Part shown: positions 11,050 through 21,000 of the stretch, piece after piece
Layout of the letters: the number at the start of each line of letters is the position of its first letter
How positions within the stretch are numbered: the first letter of the stretch is position 1
NCBI RefSeq assembly: GCF_001194135.2
Contig: NC_068981.1
Coordinates: 152,964,386 to 152,996,415, forward strand
Length of the DNA: 32,030 nucleotides
Source: Octopus bimaculoides
Taxonomy: Eukaryota
Direction: 5' to 3'
The notes under the pieces: model-generated
Told to the model about the DNA's origin: nothing
Database searches by the model: none
Seen by the model: only the letters and a program-made list of their open reading frames with translations
Position numbers and translations under genes: made by a program

Positions 11050-11754
11050 TGCATGTATGTGAGTGAGTATTTATTTCTGTTTCTCTTGTGTGACCTGTTT
11101 GGGTTGTAGCAGTGTTATGTAAACAGCATATGGCCATAGCTCTACAATTTCATTGGTTCTTTTCATATGAATTAATATAAAGACTTGAAACACTTTAGAT
11201 TAAAATATCAGTCTTATAACATTTATAATGTGTATGCAATGTGGAATGACATAGCTGAAATATCTTGTCTCAGAGAAACATCTCCTCAAGGAGTCTTGTG
11301 TGTTAGAGACACAAGTCTTAGCTCAGATTGCCAACAGGTGGACAGACAAGGGTTTTGACCTGATGATGACTCCAGATGTCATGACTAATGAAATAAAGAC
11401 ACCATACTTTAAAAAAATACAGGTAAGAGATGGCAAAAGAGAAAGCTTCTAGTCATATAGTGTATTAATGTTCTGTCAATCCTTATAGGAATGGAAAAAG
11501 TAATAAAAAATTTAGAGTAATGTATATATATCTAGGAATAAGACAACCAAGAATAAGTGGAAATCAAACCATTTGAATTGTAGTGTGGATGTAAATAATA
11601 AGTGCTTCATCTCTGAAGATTTGGTTATTAGTTAAAAAAAAAATATGTTTTATGTTAACAGTTACTCATCTCAGACATTTAATCATTGATAAGAATGATA
11701 ATTTATGTTTTTTGCTAAGTATTTTCACTAATTAAATAATTTTTTTTGTCTTAG

Positions 11755-11795
11755 GTTGTCCTTGTGAATCAGGTTACAGATCTATATGCTGGAAG
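11755..11795 (+). CDS. TBC1D13: TBC1D13 exon (41 nt), (G)[13 protein letters not shown]
   Basis: Acceptor TTTTTTTGTCTTAG, donor AAG|GTAAGT. Matches the GIPCEGGLRCLCWK segment of vertebrate TBC1D13. Confidence 0.88.
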
Positions 11796-14366
11796 GTAAG
11801 TGCTGTGAACTTCATTATTATCTCTATGTTAATGTAGTAATGCATCATCATCATTTAATTTAATATCTATGTTCTGGTGGACCATGTTTAGCATCATTCC
11901 CAAGTACAAATATTAATAAAGTAATTCAGATCTTTCTAATTTCTGTATGAATTACAAAAATGCTTCATGTCATTATGTATAGGATGAAAATAAATCTCTT
12001 ATGATGATTAGATTCTTTTTCATATTCTAACCACTTTGCATAGTGATAATATATGGTTACACAAGGATGCTTATAACTTATTGTTGTGCTCCACTTGACC
12101 TCATACTGTATTATCCATGTACTATATTATATAGTATTTGTTATAGTACCCATCTACTATATTGTATTACCATAAAAGTATAAAATTATCCTTCTACTGT
12201 AGTATCCACGTACTCTATAGTACTATCTATTTACTACACATGTCTATGTATTATATTATTACTAGTATACTCATGTTGTCAAAAGTGCTAGTGGTTTTAT
12301 TAATGATAGAAAATGATGCATCAAAAGAGAGACCATTGATAAATGTCTACAATCGAGTAAATATATGTACATACACAGAATTGAAGCACTTCAACAATCA
12401 TAGTCGTAATGTCTAGGTTGAAAATATTATCATCCACATAATATATATATCATCATCATCGTTTAATGTCCATCTTCCATGCATGCATGGGTTGGAGGGT
12501 TGACAGGAGCCAGCTAGGTAAAAAAAAAAATTACCCTAGGCTACTGTCTCTGTTTTGGCAGGGATTTTACAGCTGGATGCCCTTCCTAACACCAACCACT
12601 CTGCAGAGTGGACTCAGTGCTTTTTACATGGCACTAGCACTGGTAAGGTTAGTTTTGGAATGATTTTTACAGCTGGATGCCCTTCCAAACACCAACCATG
12701 TTACAGTGTGGACTGGATGCTTTTAACGTGACACCAGCACTGGCAGGGTAACCAAATAACTTGCAAGACAAGGAATTATGAGAGTGGTAGGAGCATTTGA
12801 GGAGGGAACTTGTGTCAGAGGATGAAAGGTTGGAGTGTGACAGAGAGACAGAAGTAGGTGTCTTGCCACAACAGAGGGGGAATTAGAGGAGGTGATCCAC
12901 TATGAAATGATGAAAAATTAGAGTGTAACTGAGAAATAGAGAGGCAGAAATAGGTGTCTTGCTATAGAGGAGGTACATGGTTACCCAGTGAGAAAGAAAG
13001 AGAGGGAGGTTCAAGAAAGAGTTCAGAAACAAGTGTGCTGATGTAAAGGAGATACTTGGTTGCCTAATCAGAGGAAAAACAAGAGGAGAGAGAGAGCAGA
13101 AAAGAGATGGTGTATTCCTAGAGTATACTTGCAAGTAACAAGGATCTGAGCATATATATATATATGAGAGGCTTTGATATCCAGAAGACCAAAAAGGCAG
13201 TTCGATAATATCATGAGTGAGGAGTCTAATGTGGATCCTGTGTGAGCGTGTATATGTTAAATAAGATAAAACAACAAAGCCAAGGCAGTGCGAAATTTCT
13301 AGGACATTTATAAAGAGAAAGGTAGTCTTACAGCTGTTTCAGGGATATAAAAAATATGCCATCATCAGAGATGATATTAGAGTTAAATAGAAGGAAATAA
13401 TATAGTTCAATATAAGAGGTTATTTTGGAAAGGGAGAGATATAGGAAGTATAAAGGGAAATATGATAATAAAAATGTGTGTTGGATGTTCCATTATCCAA
13501 GGAATGTGCTGTGTAGAATGGGTAAAGAGGCTTCTTGTCCATGGTATGTAAATTCCGATAGGAGTTCATATTTTGTTATTGTAAATGGATAGTGTGCAGA
13601 TGTTAATTCTATGTGCTGTTTATTCAAAGGGATCTTGTAGTGTAAATGAAATTTTGGGAATATACTGGTAGGAGGAAGTAGATAGAGGAAAGAGAATAGA
13701 TAAGTATGTTAGAAGAAAGAAAAATAGTATTGGTCAAAAGGATTAAGGGAGGAAAGAAAGAGGAAGAGAAAAGGAAAAAAGAGTGCTAGATGGTGGTCAA
13801 GATATTGTGAGGGGGTGGGGAGAGGAGAGCTATCAGTAGATAAAAGGAATAGGAGGAAGTATAGAAGGAAGAGATAAGAATGCAAGGAAGGAATATATGT
13901 CTCTTCCACTTTCTTTCTTCTTTCTTTCCCTAATCCTTTTGACCAATACCATTTTTCTTCCTTCTAACATAATAACTTCTATATTGGTCTATATTATTCC
14001 CTTATTTAACTGTCTCATATCGTCTCTGATGATGGGATATCTTTTATGTCCCTGAAACAGCTGTAAGACTACCTTTCTCTTTATAAATGCTGTAGAAATT
14101 TCACACCGCTTTGGCTTTGTTGTCTCATTTTATTTAACACACACACACATATGAAAAATCTAGTTTTCTATGCTCTGATAGATCAAACAGATTTTGTATA
14201 GCTGGATACTCTTCCTGTTGCCAACCCTCACCTATTTCCAAATAAAGTAATATTTCACCATGTCCAGACATGTTTTCAAGTGCGTGAAAACAAAGAACAT
14301 CTCTTGCATGACAGTGATGCTCACTTACAGCTGCTGCCTAATATCAAGGCAAAGAGACATTTATAT

Positions 14367-14443
<77 letters not shown>

Positions 14444-15619
14444 CATGTACACACAAATGTATATGTGTGTGTATATATATAAATATACATACGTGTATGT
14501 GTATGTATATATATAAATATATATACGTGTATGTGGATATATATATAGAGAGAGAGAGACATACACACATGCATTGTGTCATTCCATAGATAATGTAGTT
14601 TTTTTACACTTCCTTTATTTTTCAAAATTAAGAGAAACAAAGTTCTTTTTTAATCTAAAATATACTCTCCATTTTCACTTGTCCATTATGAAAAATATTC
14701 CCCCAGTACTGTTCTGACCTCTTCTACAGAATTCATATTTTTTCTGTCCAAATGACTTTGAAGATTGTGGAATAAATGATAATAAGATGGGGCAATGTCT
14801 GGCAAATATGGTGGGTGGGCCATCGTTTCCCATTCAAACTGCTCCAGCTTTTGGAATGTCATCCTCGCAGTATGTGGCCAAGCATTATCCTGATGGAAGA
14901 ACACCTTTCGTCTTGAAACCAAAGATGGTTGTTTTTTTACAGGTGTTGATGAATGTTTGCTTGACCTAATCAAAGTTTCTCTGCTAGTTCCTCAACAGTT
15001 ATTATAAGATTGTGTGCCACCAGGGTTTGCAGGACATCCTCATTGAGCTCTGCAGATCTTCCAGGATGAGGCTCATCTTCTAAGCTGTAATTTCTGGAAC
15101 TACCTTTGACACTGGCTTATGCTTATTGTCCAATCCCCGTATACTGCATTAATATTCCTTGCATTTTCCGTTGCATTGTTGTCTTTATTGAACTCATAAA
15201 TGGGAAGTTGTTTACTTCAGCATGTTGATACAAATTTCAGTAATGAAATACACATCCTGAAGTAAACAACTTCCCATTTGTTGACGCATACATAATATAC
15301 TACCTTTTACTAGGAAAAAGAAATGTTAGTGTTATTTATTAAGTGCAAGCATGAAAAATAGACAAGCACAAAAGAAAGAATATATATACATGCACACACA
15401 CACATACATATACATATAAAGAAAAATAAGAAAATAGAGATAAATCAATTAATAATTATATTTATTAATTACAAAAATAGACAGCTGTTTCGATTCAGGC
15501 TTTAAAAATTTTAATTAAAATAATTAAATCATTATAAAGTTGAATCTCATCGGAGGTAGAAAAAAGATATACCATTACATTTTATGTTTTTATGTGTTAT
15601 GTGTATGGGACATTTATAT

Positions 15620-15650
<31 letters not shown>

Positions 15651-16643
15651 ACACTGTTATATATATATATATACACACACAATTAAGATTCAGTTGAATT
15701 AAGTACTTAAATTGAGGCACCTTGTTAGGTCTGAGTAACATGCATACTCAACAATATTAAGTGAATATCCAATTTGGTGCACAAGTGCTGACCACATGAT
15801 ATTCTTGTGTGTATGCAGATAATAAGTTCCCTCTGAAGAATTCTGCACTTAGCTGTTCAAACATGTACTTTATACTAAAAATATAAAGGATAGGTAAATA
15901 AAATATGAGTAACAAAGACGTACAGGCGTCAATTTATTATGGCCGTTTCTAATGCCTCTTTTAACTGGCCGTAAACGGTTTCTTTGCAATGATGTAATAT
16001 TCTCATTAATCAATTAATGAAATCATTTGAAACAGCCGTAATAAATTGTCATCTGTTCCTCTTTGTTACTCATATATATATGTGTGTGTATGTGTGGAGG
16101 CGCAATGGTCCAGTGGTTAGGGCAGCGGACTCGCATTTGTAGGATTGCAGTTTCAATTCCCAGACCAGGCATTGTGAGTGTTTATTGAGCAAAAACACCT
16201 AAAGCTCCACAAGGCTCCGGCAGAAGATGGTGGTGAATCTGCTGTATTCTTTCACCACAACTTTCTCTCACTCTTTCTTCCTGTTTCTGCTGTACCTGTA
16301 TTTCAAAAGGCCAGCCTTGTCACACTGTGTGTCACGCTGAATCTCCTCGAGAACTACATTAAGGGTACACATGTTCGTTTTTTTTTCCGTCCTTGTTTTT
16401 ATATACATTCACTGCTTTCTTCCAAGGAATCTAATGCTCTTAGCTTAGTTTTCCCTTGGGGCTGGCCAGATTGAATAACCAGCCAAAATTGCAAAGATAA
16501 TCTGGATCTCGACTGAAGAGAGAAAACTCCGAATGACCTGTCTACGATTTCTTTGTATCGTCTATCTGAATGTTTTGTCCCTTTCTTGTATCACCTGTCT
16601 TGATGTTTTGCGTTCTTGTCCCATTCTGTATTATTTATTTATT

Positions 16644-16697
<54 letters not shown>

Positions 16698-18020
16698 GTG
16701 GCGTACGTNNNNNNNNNNNNNNNNNNNNNNNNNNNNNNNNNNNNNNNNNNNNNNNNNNNNNNNNNNNNNNNNNNNNNNNNNNNNNNNNNNNNNNNNNNNN
16801 NNNNNNNNNNNNNNNNNNNNNNNNNNNNNNNNNNNNNNNNNNNNNNNNNNNNNNNNNNNNNNNNNNNNNNNNNNNNNNNNNNNNNNNNNNNNNNNNNNNN
16901 NNNNNNNNNNNNNNNNNNNNNNNNNNNNNNNNNNNNNNNNNNNNNNNNNNNNNNNNNNNNNNTATGTTTATACATATATATATAAGGCGCAGGAGTGGTT
17001 ATGTGGTAAGTAGCTTACATGAGTGATAATATTTTGAAAAAAATTTCATATCTAATTTTGTGTGTGTATGAAATTGATAAATTGAATATAATTTATATAA
17101 GATATTTGCAGTTTTGTTTTGATAACAAATACCAGCTACTTTAGAGCAAAACTCGTCAGTACAGCTCACCTACATTCAGTTTCTCTTACTGTCGTTCACT
17201 TTCACTGTGTTTGTTTAGTTTCCCACTGCCAGCATGACCAACATGAAACACGTTGCATTTTATTATTTGTAAGATACCTGCATTATGTATGTCCTGTCTA
17301 TATACTATACTGTCCTATTCATGTCCTGTACTATATGTACATTGCAATCATTTGTATTACATAGCTACATATTTAAATGTTGGAAATGAGGGTAAAAATG
17401 ATAGTGCCTTGTATATCAAAACATCCTAGTTTATAAAACCTTGAAAGATTTCATACAACCCCTGTTAAATTAGCTTCAGGCAGGTTTTGCCACATTAATT
17501 CCTAAAAGTAAAATGGTCTTAGATACACAATTTTCTTTTATGCATTCTCTGCAGGCACAGGCATGCCTGTGTGGTATGAAACTTGCTTTTGGGTTCCGTC
17601 CCACTGTGTGGGACCTTGGGCAAGTGTCTTATATTATAACCCCAGGCTGTCCAAAGCCTTATGAGTGGACATGGTAGAAGGAAACTGAAAGAAGCCAGTC
17701 GGATACATATATCAGTATCTGTCTGTGTGTGTTTGTGTTGCTCTTCCCATCACTGCTTGACAACCATTGTGAGATTGTTTACTGCCCTAAAACTTAACAG
17801 TACTAATAGAATAAGTACCAGGCTTAAAAATAAGTTCTGCTGGGGTCAATTTGTTTGACTGTACCCTTCAAGGTGGTGCACCAGCATGGCCACAGTCTAA
17901 TGACTGAAACAAGTAAAAGAGTAAAAATAAAAGAATCCAATGAAGCAGGCCTCTAAGTGGTCACGCAACCTACTAGAAATAAAAGCCATGGATCCCACAA
18001 ATGGTACTGTACTCTCTTTA

Positions 18021-18052
<32 letters not shown>

Positions 18053-18053
18053 A

Positions 18054-18090
<37 letters not shown>

Positions 18091-21000
18091 TTAGCAAACA
18101 CAGAATTTAAATGTAGCCTACTATAAGATTCGGGCCTGAATAGTACAGTAATCATTCATGCTTAATATATATATATCACAGTCCTAACAATTTGTCATAC
18201 TTAACCTAGTTTTGATGTATAAATAATTGGTGCATGACACCAGTTATTTATAGTTTATTTCTGTATACAACAAACCACAGACAGGAAATTTTGACAATCA
18301 ACCTATGGCTGTGTATCCAGTATTTTTAGAGAATTTAACATTTTCAAAATTAGATGCCTGTGAAATCTTCTTGGTGAACACATTGATAGCATTTCAAAGA
18401 AAGTCACTTATTAAAATTTAACAGAAGGAAACAAATAAGCTTTCTTAAGAGAAATTCATTATTTTCTTTCATACATACATATAAGGAGGTGTTGAAAAAT
18501 TCCTGGCTTTAAAGATATCGCAAAAGGCCTGGTTAGAGGCCCAACCATCCAGGGCTTAGAAAATCTGAAGGGCCGCTGCAATAAGTGTGTAAATCTGAGA
18601 GGGAAATATGTTGAATAAAATCATAATTAACTGATCTCTCCTGTATTTTCTTTTGCCTAAAGCCAGGAACTTTTCAGCACCCCCTTGTACATACAGACAC
18701 TCATCTGCATAAGGAGAGAGGATGAGAGAGGGGTGTCTGGGTGAGAAATCAGAATAAAATGTGATAGAATGCTGCTCATGTCTCATTTGCATGACTTTGT
18801 GAATTTACACTCCCTCTACAACACCACTCTTAAAAAGTCTGCTAATGAATGTGACCTGGGCATTATTGTCAACAGTAATTTACATTGAACAAACTACACT
18901 TCTACAATAAAGCTATCTATTTGCTGTATATGGCTATCGTACATCCACAGTTTGCATCACCAGTTTGGAACTCCTTTCTGGTTCAGTATATCAATCTCCT
19001 GGAAACTGTTCAGAAACTTGCAACCAGACAAATACCTACCACCAGGCATCTACCATACTCTGAATATCTTGTCTCACTTGGCATGGACACATTAACCTTT
19101 TAGCTATCATATTTCTCTATCAAATGCAATGCTTATTTATTCATATTGTTTTAAATCAATCATGCATTATCTCAGTTTTGAAATTTCAATGATGTGATTA
19201 CTTGCTTTTGAAATGACATTGTAGGGTAAGTGTGAGAGGCCAGATTTGGTCAGTTTGAACCAAAAACAGGTAGAATATTTTGGCCTGATATGGCCAGATT
19301 AAATGCTAAATAGTCAAAACTCCAATGTCTAGCAACTGACTTGGCAGAAATCCACAAGATTATCCGCCATTTTTCCAACAACAACCTTGGGCGCATTTTT
19401 GAATTCCTTATGTCTAGCACCCATGGACATGCTTGCAAAACCAAAAATAACACAGCACCCATGACTTTCAGAAACATTTTTCAATCAGAATTGCTGAAGC
19501 ATGGAATAGACTACCCACATCAGTTGTTAGCTGTTGGGACACTCCATCCTTCAAAATTTCCATGCCTCTCGAAATTCACCAACAGTACACCTGATGTTCA
19601 CCCCACCCTTTTTCTCTAACGACCCATTCACTGGTCACTTTCTGTGCATTATTCTATGTACTGTACATGCACTTATGGCTACCTTTTGTGATGTGTTGTA
19701 GTGCACCTGAGCACTGTATAAAGTAAGTTCATTATTATTATATTTCATTCAAAACAAACTTCCTCATCATTGTCGTTTAACATCCATTTTCCATGCTAGC
19801 ATGGGTTGGACGGTTTGACAGGAGTTGTCTAGCTGGAGAGCTGTCCAGGCTCCAATTATCTTTTTGATGTGGTTTCTGCAGCTAGAAATCCTTCCTAATG
19901 GCAACCACTTTACAGAGTGTGCTGGCTGTTTTTTATGTGCCAGTGATGTGGATGTGTTTACGGAGCACCAACATGAGTGCATTTTATATGGCACCAGCAT
20001 AAGTCCATTTTACATGGCTTTGGCACCTGCAAAGAACATGCTTTTATGTATGAATGGCCACAATTTTACTTAGCTTGACGTGTCTTCTCAAGTACAGCAT
20101 ATCACCATAAGTCTGGGTCCCTTGTCATCTCCTCAGTGAGGCCCAGTGTCTGAAAATCCTTTCTCTCCACTTTGTGATAATGAATTTTCAAATGGCTGTA
20201 AAGAAATAATCAACCAACTAATTTCAGAAATGTTTGAATGGAGGAAACTGAAATGGACATGATCAGAATTTTCTAGGTTACTTGTGTATTGAATGAACGA
20301 TTAAAGTAAAAAGTTGATAGGTTGATAGATTCATTGAATTTTTTGTGAAGAAAGCATTTTATTAAAATTTAACAGAGAAAATCAAATATTCATTCGTAAA
20401 GAATGAAGGTACATTTTCTTTCCATTTTGTAATAAACTTATGTCTTATAAAAGAACTGTATTGTTTTCGAAAGTGTTAGCTTATCAGAAATACGTGTTCA
20501 CACACGCGTAGACGCGCGCGCATACATAAATGAATAAATACGTAAAGAGGAGGAGGGTTGCGACCCATCCTGGAAGTTATGTTATAGATTTGATCAAGTT
20601 TATTGCGATTATATAATTTTTTTAAAATTATTTTTATTAGCTGCTGCTGAATTACCTCCCTTTGAAGAAGAAAGACTGGCAAATGTGGGAAGACAAACAA
20701 AGGTAAGTTAGCTTTTATAAAGGTTGCCTCCCTTGTGACACTCCTACGGTTGATTTTTATCTGTTGTGCTCCTCTGTCAAAATTCATGGAAATACGCACC
20801 TTTGTTAGAAATCATTGACAGAATCATTAAAACGTCGGAAAAAAATTGCTTTGTGGTATTTATTACGACTCTTTACATTTTGGGATCAAATCCCGTTGAG
20901 GTCAACTTTCATTCTTTCTGTGTCGATAAAATAAGTACCTGTTAGGTACTGTGTCGATAAAATAAGTACCCGTCAGGTACTCAGATAAAATAAGTATCCG

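Larger units (their letters stand above)
13245..14150. mobile_element. Penelope-like (pLTR-type) non-autonomous insertion with inverted arms (foldback)
   Basis: ~13250-13430 is the reverse complement of ~13970-14140, and 13706-13770 of ~13910-13972. Each outer arm carries a minimal hammerhead. No intact ORF. Confidence 0.7.

Noticed and set aside
11360-11395. CTGATGA-TGAC...GTCA...GAAA hammerhead-like string
   Set aside because: GAAA lies 8 nt beyond stem II, and no stem I, stem III or NUH can be formed.
12095-12300. TAC/TAT-rich degenerate tract (similar at ~17290-17370)
   Set aside because: Low-complexity sequence with no definable unit, structure or coding signal.
14260-14640. YI/IY-rich ORFs (also 16533-17026 and 10294-10482)
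   Set aside because: Translations of (TA)n/(TG)n microsatellites and gaps.
20476-20799. 107-aa minus ORF overlapping an exon
   Set aside because: Antisense shadow with no domain, partly low-complexity.
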